Source of the DNA: Methanothrix sp.
GTDB taxonomy: Archaea > Halobacteriota > Methanosarcinia > Methanotrichales > Methanotrichaceae
Assembly: GCA_963682135.1 (NCBI GenBank)
Contig: OY821645.1
Span: forward strand, 2,880,001 to 2,944,000
DNA: 64,000 nt
Direction: 5' to 3'
Shown: in pieces, positions 12,700 to 21,711 of the stretch
Position numbering within the stretch: position 1 is the stretch's first letter
How the letters are laid out: every line of letters begins with the position of its first letter
Translations under genes and position numbers: made by a program
Notes under the pieces: model-generated
What the model was told of the DNA's origin: nothing
Database searches by the model: none
What the model saw: the letters and a program-made list of their open reading frames with translations, nothing else

Positions 12700-13542
12700 T
12701 TAAGACCTAAAACCTCCCAGAAGGGAGATAAATAAAGATGATGCAATCAGGTCCGCAGTCGACCCAGGATTTATGTCCTGTGCCAGAAGATCTTTGTCCA
12801 GCTCACGGGCCTTGCCAAGGGTGTCATCCAAGAGAGCCTCTCCGGCTCGCTCTGATACCTTGCGGGCCAGGTTTTCGCCAAATTTAGCGCAAATCAGGCT
12901 GTCGGGTACATCTGCCAGTGCCTCCAGGAAGGTTCTGACTATGCCTTCGTTTTGGCCCCATCGGCTGATTTGCTCATCTAATCTCTTCGCGAGCAAAAAT
13001 GAGCGCTCATAATTGGTGGCCCATTCGCGAGCAACAATGTCGTGCTTGGAGGAGAGCCTCATCAACTCTAACAGAGTCTTGCCGCTCTCGCGAACGGCTT
13101 CTTGCCAGTTCTTGTCATTCAGGCTGAGATAGTCCACTTCGACAACTCTCGCTTTGGCCTCCTCAAAGGCACTGTAAAAGTCGATGGCATCGGTTACCGT
13201 GGTTTCTTCCAGGACATTTGCGAGATCCTCATGCAATTCGTCGTGCTTTCCAGCAGCGATTGCTATGGGAATCATGAGAACCAGAGAGCCAAAGTGAGTG
13301 TTGCTGCTCAAATTCCAGGTCTTCCAGGCCTGCACACCCTCGAGAATAAGCGATCCCACGCCAACATGACCGTTGGCAGCTTTGCGAAAGATGGGATAAG
13401 CGGATACTGCGCTTATCAAGAACTGATTGAAGCCGATATCGGCGAAGTCGTGGCAGCGATCCACATTGCCGGGCTTGGGGCTGGAGGAGAGCTCAAAGAG
13501 CATAGCCAGCACTGCGCACTGGGCCACGCGTTCGGAATTCAT
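12700..13542 (-). CDS. citG: Archaeal CitG-like triphosphoribosyl-dephospho-CoA synthase
   Basis: PKPGNVDR, NTHFG, DSLICAKFG, NPGSTADL. Confidence 0.88.
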   Translation of the reverse strand: MNSERVAQCAVLAMLFELSSSPKPGNVDRCHDFADIGFNQFLISAVSAYPIFRKAANGHVGVGSLILEGVQAWKTWNLSSNTHFGSLVLMIPIAIAAGKHDELHEDLANVLEETTVTDAIDFYSAFEEAKARVVEVDYLSLNDKNWQEAVRESGKTLLELMRLSSKHDIVAREWATNYERSFLLAKRLDEQISRWGQNEGIVRTFLEALADVPDSLICAKFGENLARKVSERAGEALLDDTLGKARELDKDLLAQDINPGSTADLIASSLFISLLGGFRS

Positions 13543-13545
13543 AAT

Positions 13546-14529
13546 TTATGAGGAGGATTTGGAGAGAAGCTCTTCCGCCAGCTTCTTTTTCAGCTCCATG
13601 TACTCCTTTGCCGAAAGCCCGATTCTGGCTAGCGCAGCGTCACGCAAATAGCACATCTTGCTCTTCTTGCAGCACCACACGAGACTTCCAAAGCAGGTTC
13701 CATCGCCCTTCTCCAAGGGAGTTCCCTTGGCAAATGCGAGCTTCTTTTGCACAAACTCTTCCGGCGTCATACCTGCCTTCTTCAAGGCCCCATGGACCGG
13801 GCAGCTTTTGACAGGTGGACAGCAGAAGGCCAGGCCGCGCAGGTCGCCGCCCGCGCAGATATGTTTGGGTGCATTGCACCATCCGCTCAGAGAGTCATAC
13901 TCCTGCATGGCTCCTGAGAGCCATTGGGCAAATTCCGGGTCAGCTCCTCGCAAAGATACGACATCTGCGCCCATGGCAAGCAGATTCCTGGCGTCTTCAA
14001 ATTCGCCGATGTCGGCCAGAGCCATGATTACCGGACCTCTACTATCTTTTGCCTTTTTGACCATTTTTGGTCCGGCTCCGTTCAGGCCGCGCAGGTCGAG
14101 GTGGATTATGTCCAACTCGCTCTCATTCAGCTTCTCCAAAAGGGCATTGGATAGGTCTTCCGGCCTGATCCTCAGGGAGAGTGTGACGCCGCAGCGCTTC
14201 AGGCGTGGAATGAGTTCCAGAAGGCGGATGGGGTCGGTGATCTTGGAAAGCCGCAGGTCGAGCAGGCAGAGATTTCTGCTTGCCAGCCGGGCCGCCTCCA
14301 GGAGGGGCTCATCTTGGGAGCAGGTGGCGGACAGTCCAAAGGCTCCTGTTCCTTTCCTGGCATTCCGGCTGATTGTCTCTAAACTGGCCTGCATCTCCTC
14401 GAGAGGAACCTCATCCAGATCGAAGCCCTCCAGCAAGAGCAATCCCGCCGCATCATTAAAGTCGGGCTGGTTATGTGAAGATATAACGGCAATGGGATTG
14501 TCGATATGCAGATATCCTACTTCAAGCAT
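13546..14529 (-). CDS. Methanogenesis marker 9 domain protein (TIM-barrel-like N-terminus plus Cys-rich domain)
   Basis: C-terminal APKHICAGGDLRGLAFCCPPVKSCP...TCFGSLVWCCKKSKMCYLRD. Confidence 0.85.
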   Translation of the reverse strand: MLEVGYLHIDNPIAVISSHNQPDFNDAAGLLLLEGFDLDEVPLEEMQASLETISRNARKGTGAFGLSATCSQDEPLLEAARLASRNLCLLDLRLSKITDPIRLLELIPRLKRCGVTLSLRIRPEDLSNALLEKLNESELDIIHLDLRGLNGAGPKMVKKAKDSRGPVIMALADIGEFEDARNLLAMGADVVSLRGADPEFAQWLSGAMQEYDSLSGWCNAPKHICAGGDLRGLAFCCPPVKSCPVHGALKKAGMTPEEFVQKKLAFAKGTPLEKGDGTCFGSLVWCCKKSKMCYLRDAALARIGLSAKEYMELKKKLAEELLSKSSS

Positions 14530-14676
14530 CGGGATGTAATTTCGTGCATGAAGATATCAGCCTTTCGCTGCTATTATTTTAATCATATTTTATTTATTTG
14601 GTGATTATTATGGCTACTGCCTGGTACTCTGCCATTCTTTATATGCAAGAAAATCCTAAGGCTTTACGATGATATC

Positions 14677-15117
14677 ATGGTGACCTTTAAAGTAGATGCA
14701 GATGCGCGGGCAAAGATCCAGGGATCTGAGGACCTGGAGAAGCACCCCATAGTTGCCAAGGTTAAAGGAACGGGAAAGGATGGGGCTTTGAGCGTGCAGG
14801 TCTCTGGGGAGGATAGCAGTCCCATATCGGCACGGATATCAGGCGATTCCAGGAATCCGGTTGCCGTGGGGCCAATAGAGATTGCACCCATTACCATAGT
14901 TCCAAATCTAGAATCAGTAGCAAAGACCATTGATCTTGGTGCTCTGATCGGCGCATTCACAAAATTGTCTCAGGGGATCAAGGTGGAAGTGGCAAATTCC
15001 GGTGCACCCCTGTCTATCGCTCTCGGTAAAATCCCAGTAGACTTGACGATCTCCGTTTCTTCTCCTGCCTCGGAGATGGTCTTCAAGGTGGAAATCAAAG
15101 GGACTGTAGGTGAATAG
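14677..15117 (+). CDS. Hypothetical beta-rich protein
   Basis: 146-aa ORF with an AT-rich promoter region upstream and a T-rich tract downstream. Confidence 0.65.
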   Translation: MVTFKVDADARAKIQGSEDLEKHPIVAKVKGTGKDGALSVQVSGEDSSPISARISGDSRNPVAVGPIEIAPITIVPNLESVAKTIDLGALIGAFTKLSQGIKVEVANSGAPLSIALGKIPVDLTISVSSPASEMVFKVEIKGTVGE

Positions 15118-15194
15118 AATTATTTTTATATATAATCATGCAGACGCCGCCATGAGGGGCCTATGAGGGGTCTTTTATTCTCCCTGACTGGCTG

Positions 15195-15638
15195 ATGACT
15201 CTGGTGGCGGCCGCCCTTCCCGTCTCCGAGGTTCGAGGTGCCATACCTCTGGCCATAGGCGTCTACGGATACGCGCCCTGGCAAGCCTATCTCTTATCAG
15301 TTTTCGGAAACCTCCTGCCTATAATTCCCCTGCTACTCTTTCTGGGGCCGGTCTCAGATTACATGAGGCGTTTTAGCTGGGGTGACCGTTTCTTTTCCTG
15401 GCTCTTTGCCCGTACTCGCAGAAAATATATCCAGGACCATGAGAATTTTGGGCTGACAGCCCTGGCTATATTCGTGGCCATACCTCTGCCCATGACCGGG
15501 GCCTGGTCGGGATGTGCGGTTGCCTTTTTGCTGGGATTTCGTTTCTGGCCGGCGTTCGCGGCCATCGCGTCAGGTGTTCTCCTCGCCGGAGTCATAGTAA
15601 CCACCGCTGTTGTTGGCGTGCAATTCCTGGTACTCTGA
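15195..15638 (+). CDS. COG2426 small multidrug-export-like membrane protein
   Basis: LPVSEVRGAIP and FVAIPLPMTGAWSG motifs, several TM helices. Confidence 0.88.
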   Translation: MTLVAAALPVSEVRGAIPLAIGVYGYAPWQAYLLSVFGNLLPIIPLLLFLGPVSDYMRRFSWGDRFFSWLFARTRRKYIQDHENFGLTALAIFVAIPLPMTGAWSGCAVAFLLGFRFWPAFAAIASGVLLAGVIVTTAVVGVQFLVL

Positions 15639-15816
15639 GTTGGGCCATTTGGCATCTCTATCTTGATGCAATGTGAACTTGTACGGTTCTCTTATCTGTC
15701 AAAAAATACACAATTACTTATTAAATATCCTCAAAACTTATAATGTATCTAGCATAGCTTATCCAGTATATACTACCAAAAAATATAAATATTATTGACT
15801 CAGACAGTATCTTATA

Positions 15817-16245
15817 ATGAAGACTGTATGGGGTGAGATAATCAAGAAAATTGGCATTATTATGGTGCTGGCTGTGGCTATGCTCTCGGTTCATGTAATG
15901 GCGCAGGGCATCGCCGGCAACGGTGGCGTGGATATCCTTGGAAAAGACGGAGGGATATTTGAGACGGAAGGAACTGCTTTCAAGTTCCCGGAGGCGCAGG
16001 ATACAAACATCGATAACTTGATTGTTGGTGATGATAAGGCTCTGGCTATTGGGAACATCTGGAATAAGAAACCACTCGCTACTGCAACCAACAATCTGGA
16101 GATAAAGAAGAATCAGGATACTGGGAATTGCAGTCCCTGCACCAAAGTCAACATAGATATGATCAAGGCAGGCAATAGGAAGGCTATGGCTATTGGACCG
16201 GCAGATGCAGCCAACTATATCAAGATAGTAACCAATCAGCAGTAG
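15817..16245 (+). CDS. Secreted hypothetical protein with two internal N/Q-rich repeats
   Basis: Signal peptide KKIGIIMVLAVAMLSVHVMA; repeats NIDNLIVGDDKALAIG..ATNNLEIKKNQ and NIDMIKAGNRKAMAIG..AANYIKIVTNQQ. Confidence 0.75.
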   Translation: MKTVWGEIIKKIGIIMVLAVAMLSVHVMAQGIAGNGGVDILGKDGGIFETEGTAFKFPEAQDTNIDNLIVGDDKALAIGNIWNKKPLATATNNLEIKKNQDTGNCSPCTKVNIDMIKAGNRKAMAIGPADAANYIKIVTNQQ

Positions 16246-16292
16246 TATCATGATTGCTTATCTGATGTGGTTTGGGATCTGACAAAAATAAA

Positions 16293-16315
16293 CCCACCGA
16301 CAGGGTGTTGGTGGG
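16293..16315. terminator. Hairpin between convergent transcripts, possible terminator
   Basis: CCCACCGACA-GGG-TGTTGGTGGG with an A-run on the left. Confidence 0.45.
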
Positions 16316-16469
16316 CCCCTCCTAATTTTATGAATCTATTGTGTTGATGACACGGTTCATATACCGCTCAATGGTCGTGCCGGGAATAGTTCTGAAGGAA
16401 TCGAGTTCGTCTGAAACGGCAATCGCTTTGAGTAGTTCATCTTTTCTAATTTTAGCGAATAAGAAAACG

Positions 16470-16541
16470 TGCGGCTGCCGGGATTCGAACCCGGGTTACA
16501 GGCTTGGGAAGCCTATGTCATAACCACTGGACCACAGCCGC
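16470..16541 (-). tRNA. tRNA-Gly(CCC)
   Basis: Reverse complement GCGGCTGTGGTCCAGTGGTTATGACATAGGCTTCCCAAGCCTGTAACCCGGGTTCGAATCCCGGCAGCCGCA. Confidence 0.97.
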
Positions 16542-16652
16542 TCCATGACAATGAGATCTTGGTGCTTGGGATATCTGGATTTTGACAGTCTCTCAATCCC
16601 TACAGGCGCAGCTTTGAGCCATTGCGATATTTAAGCCTTTCCGCAACAATAA

Positions 16653-17177
16653 TCATGATCCTGCAGGCTGCAAATATCCTGTTGGCAGGTAATCTGTTGA
16701 GTAGTAGGGAGGGACGTTGTTGTTGTAAGGGAAGCCATAAGATGGGTAAGCATTCGTGTAGACTGGTCTTCTCGTCTTAGGGTCCAGATAATAGTAGATT
16801 GGCATTCCCGTGTAGGGATTTATGTAACCATAGACAGGATATCCTGTATTGGGATCAACGTAGACTCTTCCCAGCCAGCCACTGGTGTAGTTGAGGGACT
16901 TCCAAATGTAATAGGGGTCCGGCAATAAATTTCCATTGACAACTATGCTTCCTTTAGGAGAACTGCCCCACGACCAGAGGTCGTTCTTGAGATTTGTCTC
17001 CGCTGGCTGAGGATTTTGGGCTTTGAAGCTGTTAATCCAGTTCCTGCCAAAATCTCCACCAACGCTTTGCGGGTAACTCATGCTTTGGGCATAGCAGCCC
17101 GCTGCTAATAGGCAAATCGTCAGCGAGATGATTGCTGCAAATGCAGTTCTCATTTCAAATCCCCTTGCTATCAACAA
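16653..17177 (-). CDS. Secreted protein, QSVGGDFG / LWxWG / DPxTG-repeat family (paralog 1)
   Basis: Signal peptide, QSVGGDFG, LWSWGSSPKG, repeats VDPNTG, INPYTG, LDPKTR; likely start is ATG 17153. Confidence 0.8.
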   Translation of the reverse strand: MLIARGFEMRTAFAAIISLTICLLAAGCYAQSMSYPQSVGGDFGRNWINSFKAQNPQPAETNLKNDLWSWGSSPKGSIVVNGNLLPDPYYIWKSLNYTSGWLGRVYVDPNTGYPVYGYINPYTGMPIYYYLDPKTRRPVYTNAYPSYGFPYNNNVPPYYSTDYLPTGYLQPAGS

Positions 17178-17402
17178 GAACGCAAGCGATAAAAGGCTTT
17201 TGATTAGTCCTATTTGAGCTAAATCCTCTCAGCTTTATGAAAATAGAAAAGATGGGGCGATATCAAGCATCTGGGAGGGATATCCGACTATCGCCCCTAG
17301 TAGGTTCGACGTTCAACGATATATACTATTCGCTTGAGGGCTGGATAGGATTACAAACTGTTATCCCGCTTAACTCTAATTCAGGGTGGCTAAAGGCCAA
17401 TA

Positions 17403-17816
17403 TCATGCCTTTATCCGATGAAGCCTATCAATTTCCGCATTTCCTTTTTTCCCATCCTGCAAATATATCAGCTCAATCTCATCCTCGGAAATGATAGTCC
17501 CAATGTCGTAACCCTCTCTAAATTCAGCGATGTAGAGCTTTTTATTATCCCAATCAATGGCTCCGGCAAAACCTTCAACAACTTCTGTTCCATTCTTATC
17601 CAAGTAGGTCAAATTTCCTGCAAAGAGGTGATCCTTCTGCTCATCGATAGTAGCATTAACGCTCACGGTTTCTGTCCACTTGACAGTTCCGTTTTCGTTA
17701 TACGAACCATTTCCTAAACCCGTCCAGCTCCCTAATAGGTTTGGAACTTCAGCAGTACACATTGCCATGGTCCAGAAGACAAGGATCAACAATGAAAAAC
17801 TCCAAATCTTTTTCAT
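17403..17816 (-). CDS. Secreted beta-barrel-like hypothetical protein
   Basis: Signal peptide, VPNLLGSWTG lipocalin-like start, alternating beta pattern. Confidence 0.75.
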   Translation of the reverse strand: MKKIWSFSLLILVFWTMAMCTAEVPNLLGSWTGLGNGSYNENGTVKWTETVSVNATIDEQKDHLFAGNLTYLDKNGTEVVEGFAGAIDWDNKKLYIAEFREGYDIGTIISEDEIELIYLQDGKKGNAEIDRLHRIKA

Positions 17817-17937
17817 GCATGTTTATTAGTGCTCTTCTATTATAAATATTTCCAATGATTTGCAGAAAAGGATTAATATTTTGAGAACCCCACGATTCAA
17901 TGTTTTCTATCACATTTCTCTTACCACCTGAGATTGC

Positions 17938-18258
17938 CTATACCTGAGGAATAGCTGGTGAAATATCGCATAACCCCGGCTTATCGCCATTTGGGACGAG
18001 TTTGTATATCGCTCCATTCAAATCCAGTTCTACGTAGTCACCCATGGGCTTCGCATCGAAGTTGTGAGTCAAGAGAAAGAATGCCAGGTCTTGGGCAGTA
18101 ATTCTTGGATCATCAAATGAGAATATGCGCTCTCTCAACTCTAAGATGTCATTTCCTGATGCAGAGGCTGTATGGAGTAGCCCTGCGAGAATGATGGTCA
18201 GGATAGCGAATATTATCCTCATCTTTGGCTTTATCATTTGTGCCATGCAACTCCCCAT
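17938..18258 (-). CDS. Small secreted hypothetical protein
   Basis: Hydrophobic N-terminus ending ASA; lies directly downstream of the pentapeptide gene. Confidence 0.65.
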   Translation of the reverse strand: MGSCMAQMIKPKMRIIFAILTIILAGLLHTASASGNDILELRERIFSFDDPRITAQDLAFFLLTHNFDAKPMGDYVELDLNGAIYKLVPNGDKPGLCDISPAIPQV

Positions 18259-18266
18259 AGCCCCAT

Positions 18267-20042
18267 TTACATTGCTCGCATGCTCTCCAAATCGTTCTTT
18301 AAGTCTTCATTCATCCTGGTTTTGTTTAGCCTGCAATTTAGAATATTCTGCAAGCTGAATTTGTCATATTTTATGCCTTCCAGATTAGCGTTACTCAAAT
18401 CAACATTCATCATCATGATCATCGTGAGATTGGCTCTTCTGAGATCTGCACCTCTTAAATTTACATTCTTTAACAGTATCAGTTCCAGCCTGGCATTCCT
18501 TAGATTAGCCGTGCTCAAATTCACATCTTGGATAAGCATAGGACCTTGAAGCATAGCACCTTCTAATTTTGTTGCAGAGAAATTGGAGCCTATTAGATTC
18601 AAACCCTGTAAATTAGCTGAAACCAGAGTTGCTCCGTTCAAGTCAGCACCATTTAGAGCAGTACCGTAAATATTTGCCGAATTTAGATTTGCATCTTTAA
18701 GGGTGGCATTATTGAGGTCGCTATAAGATAGATCCGCATGCCTCAGATCTGAACCGGTCAGATTTGCTCGCATCATATAAGCCCTGGTTAGATCTGCTTC
18801 GCTCAGATCAGAGTTGCTCAGGTTGGTACCGTAGAACTCCACCCTTGATAGCTGGCTTGCAGATAAACGGCTATCACTCAGGTCTGCCCAGCTCATCTTT
18901 GCACTCATGGCAATTGCCCGGTGCATGTTCAGTCCCTTCATATTGCAGCTTACCAGATTGGTTTCAACGAGCCTCATTCCAGTCAGGTCTGCGCCCCTCA
19001 GGTCTGAGTTCTCCATGCATGCACCAGTTGCATCTGCCTCGATGAGCTTTGCATCAACAAGTTTGACCTTGTGCATCTTGCAGTCATTGAGATTAGCATT
19101 GGAAAGATCTGCTCTGCTAAGATTTGCATCTTCCATGCAAACACCGGAGGCATTTACCCGATTCAGTTTGGCTCCCGTGAGGATGGATTCATGCATCTCG
19201 GCATCGGAAAGATCGGCATCTGAAAGATTGGCATATGATAGGTCCGAATGCGAAAAAGAAGATCCCTTGAGGACGGAACCGGAAAGGTCTGCCCCGCTAA
19301 GGTTAGTGCCGGTCAGGTTTGCAAAGATTATATTTGACTTAGAAATATTAGAGTTGATTAATTTTGCTCCATAGAGCCGCGCCTCAGAGATATCTGCGCC
19401 TCTAAGGTCTGCTTCAAATAAATCTGCATTAATCAAGTTAGCTCCAACAAGACTTGCGCCAGAAAGGTCGGCTTTTACCAATGAAGCGTTTCGGAGCATA
19501 GCGCGCCTTGCATATGCATTAACCAGGCTGGCATCTGTCAGATTTGAACCGTTCAGGTCAGAAGCCATCAGATTTGCATTGTCCAACTTTGAGCCTATGA
19601 GATTCGCGTGACTTACAATTGCTTGCTGCAGGTCTGCCCATGTAAGATCTGCATCATTTAAGTTTGTGCCGAAAAGATCGGACAAGACGAGATTGGCTCC
19701 GGTCAGATCTGCCAGAGAGAGATCCGATTCATGAAGACAAATTTCTTCCATGCTGGCTCCGGTCAGATTGGCCTTTTTGAGAGAAGCGCTGCTCATCTCC
19801 GCTCCCATCAAATAAGCTCCACTGAGATTCGCACCATCTAGAACACATCGCTTCATATCGGAACGATTAAGATGAACGGCGGACAGATTCTGATCGCTGA
19901 GCTTTAGGTCGGCCAGCATAGATCCGTCCTGATATGACTGGTGGGGTGATTCGTAATTTCCTATAACTGCAGAGGAAATCGAAAAATAAAAAACAATGAA
20001 CAAACAAATTCCTAGGGCGGATCTCATTACAGGACTATCCAT
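18267..20042 (-). CDS. Exported pentapeptide-repeat protein
   Basis: Long run of A(D/N)Lxx repeats after a signal/TM segment; real start probably ATG 20042 or 20027, since the upstream extension is a decayed Fe-S gene fragment. Confidence 0.93.
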   Translation of the reverse strand: MDSPVMRSALGICLFIVFYFSISSAVIGNYESPHQSYQDGSMLADLKLSDQNLSAVHLNRSDMKRCVLDGANLSGAYLMGAEMSSASLKKANLTGASMEEICLHESDLSLADLTGANLVLSDLFGTNLNDADLTWADLQQAIVSHANLIGSKLDNANLMASDLNGSNLTDASLVNAYARRAMLRNASLVKADLSGASLVGANLINADLFEADLRGADISEARLYGAKLINSNISKSNIIFANLTGTNLSGADLSGSVLKGSSFSHSDLSYANLSDADLSDAEMHESILTGAKLNRVNASGVCMEDANLSRADLSNANLNDCKMHKVKLVDAKLIEADATGACMENSDLRGADLTGMRLVETNLVSCNMKGLNMHRAIAMSAKMSWADLSDSRLSASQLSRVEFYGTNLSNSDLSEADLTRAYMMRANLTGSDLRHADLSYSDLNNATLKDANLNSANIYGTALNGADLNGATLVSANLQGLNLIGSNFSATKLEGAMLQGPMLIQDVNLSTANLRNARLELILLKNVNLRGADLRRANLTMIMMMNVDLSNANLEGIKYDKFSLQNILNCRLNKTRMNEDLKNDLESMRAM

Positions 20043-20082
20043 AGCCTTTAATATCTCACAATTCCATAAATAATTGTTGATC

Positions 20083-20150
20083 CTGTGCAAGTCCCCTGGG
20101 AGAGGCTCGTCCGGCAGTGGCTCCGGGCAAAGCTCACTGCCAGGCAATCA
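20083..20150 (-). pseudogene. Highly decayed fragment of the Fe-S gene (most distal copy)
   Basis: GGCTCGTCCGGCAGTGGCTCCGGGCAAAG resembles GGCTCACCCGGCAGCGGAGCCAGGGCGAAG near 24830; translates as PLPDEPLPGDLH versus [13 protein letters not shown]. Confidence 0.5.
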
Positions 20151-20216
20151 GGCCTTCCGGAAGAACGAGAGGATGCCCGCAGGCGTGGGCAGGCGGGCCC
20201 GGAGGCGTCTAAGGTT

Positions 20217-20489
20217 TCAGTGCTTCTCCTTAAGCTTTATCTCAATCTCAAGCTCATCTTCCTCGTATTCTACTTCAAGCTTGATGGGGGATCGGGGATT
20301 GACAGAGAGAGACACGTTGCCATAGGCCACTTCAACCGTACCTCCGGTTTCAATCTCCGAAGCCAGATCTCTGAGAAATGCGGCTACTTCTGAATTGGTC
20401 AAAGAGAATTTTTGTTTGAACTCCTCAATTCCTGTGCCAGAGCAGAATTTCAGGGAAATTTTTCCTGTCTCACCTAATATTTTAGCCAT
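20217..20489 (-). CDS. Amphi-Trp-like domain protein
   Basis: FKQKFSLTNSEVAAFLRDLASEIETG...LEVEYEEDELEIEIKL. Confidence 0.75.
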   Translation of the reverse strand: MAKILGETGKISLKFCSGTGIEEFKQKFSLTNSEVAAFLRDLASEIETGGTVEVAYGNVSLSVNPRSPIKLEVEYEEDELEIEIKLKEKH

Positions 20490-20608
20490 GCTAATCGCGG
20501 AATATGTTTGAGCTTAGTACATAATGAGTTTTGGCCCATGATCATTTTATCTTGGTGGCATGCGTACCGCAATTAGGTTTAAGAACAATACCATCTGATC
20601 TATTGCCA

Positions 20609-20854
20609 ATGGATGAATTAGCGCAGCGGGCGGATATGCAGCTAAACGTAATTGAAAATGCATACTCGATCAGGATTCAAAATAAAGAGGAAATTGTCAG
20701 CCTCCTTTCTAAAAGGCTTCAGGATAAAAGGCAGATCTTACTGGTTTGCACATCTATTAGCTCCTGGATTGCAGGCAGCAACATCAGAGGAGATACAGTC
20801 GTTCCCATCAATATTGTTATGCATTTAATTGAAGCCGCATCTCATTCATCTTAA
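20609..20854 (+). CDS. Hypothetical protein
   Basis: Protein-like ORF from ATG (MDELAQRADM...); start uncertain. Confidence 0.5.
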   Translation: MDELAQRADMQLNVIENAYSIRIQNKEEIVSLLSKRLQDKRQILLVCTSISSWIAGSNIRGDTVVPINIVMHLIEAASHSS

Positions 20855-21028
20855 CAGCATTTGCAGAATGAGTGCTTGGGCAGCCCAAAGGCCGGTAGCG
20901 GGAGATATCGCCCGCTTTCAGCCTCGGCTCAGGATCGACGGGGTGCAGATCATTCCGGCAGGAGGGCTCGCCGGGCAGAGGTGCCAGGACATCTTCCTTT
21001 TGCAGGTCGTATTCCTTGGCGATCTCTT
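20851..21028 (-). pseudogene. Chimeric remnant: Fe-S gene fragment fused to a DUF433 fragment
   Basis: 20851-20990 matches 28861-29000 (GGGCAGCCCAAAGGCCGGTAGCGG); 20983-21028 matches 25360-25405 at 43/46 nt. Confidence 0.9.
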
Positions 21029-21168
21029 GATAATGTTAATATAATTTTGATAATCACTCCGTTAACCGAGCTTTGTGATTAATTAATATATGCACACAAA
21101 AATTTTTAAATTGGCAAAATTTAAATTCAAAGAAGTTCTAATAGAATTAGAGGCATAAAGGAGGAAAT

Positions 21169-21384
21169 ATGACAAATGAGACTTTAGAGAAGGCAAAGAC
21201 TGAGATCGAGAAGAAGCTCTCTTATGCAAAGGCCGATGCAGAGAAAGGATTTGCCGATGTAAAGGCTGAAGTGGAGAAGGCGAAAGCTGAGGTAGGCAAG
21301 AGGATGGCCCATGCAAAAGCTGATGTGGATAAGGCGAGAGCTGATGCAAAAGCTGAAGAAAGAACTAAGCAATCGCAAAAATGA
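21169..21384 (+). CDS. Small Ala/Lys/Glu-rich helical-repeat protein (LEA-like)
   Basis: Strong RBS AAAGGAGG; repeats EKAKTE, YAKADAEK, EKAKAE, HAKADVDK. Confidence 0.8.
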   Translation: MTNETLEKAKTEIEKKLSYAKADAEKGFADVKAEVEKAKAEVGKRMAHAKADVDKARADAKAEERTKQSQK

Positions 21385-21711
21385 ATCCGGTAGGAATGGA
21401 TGAGAAGAAATGAATCGGTCAAGGACCCAAATAACTTATTCTCATCTATTCCGATTTTTTGATGCAGTAAAATGAGCAAACCGTGGATGAGAGTGAAATC
21501 GCTTAGCAAAGAATGGCATTATTGACGTGCTGGGTGGCAATTATTAAAAATGTATGCAGTCACTCGACAGCAAATTTATTATCTCTTTTGCTTCCGGCCC
21601 TACTTCGGTCGCCGGGCGTGCGCACGCAGGCGGGCCCGGGAGCGGCAATGCCCGTGCCCAAGGGCGCTTTGCTCACTGCGGGGTTTTTTATGCCATTGCG
21701 TGTCTCATGTT

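Noticed and set aside
13658-14539. 293-aa plus-strand ORF (and similar long antisense ORFs at 6749, 30539, 43051, 47972)
   Set aside because: Antisense shadows of well-supported genes
20043-20147. Extended start of the pentapeptide gene
   Set aside because: Derived from a decayed Fe-S gene fragment and precedes the signal peptide
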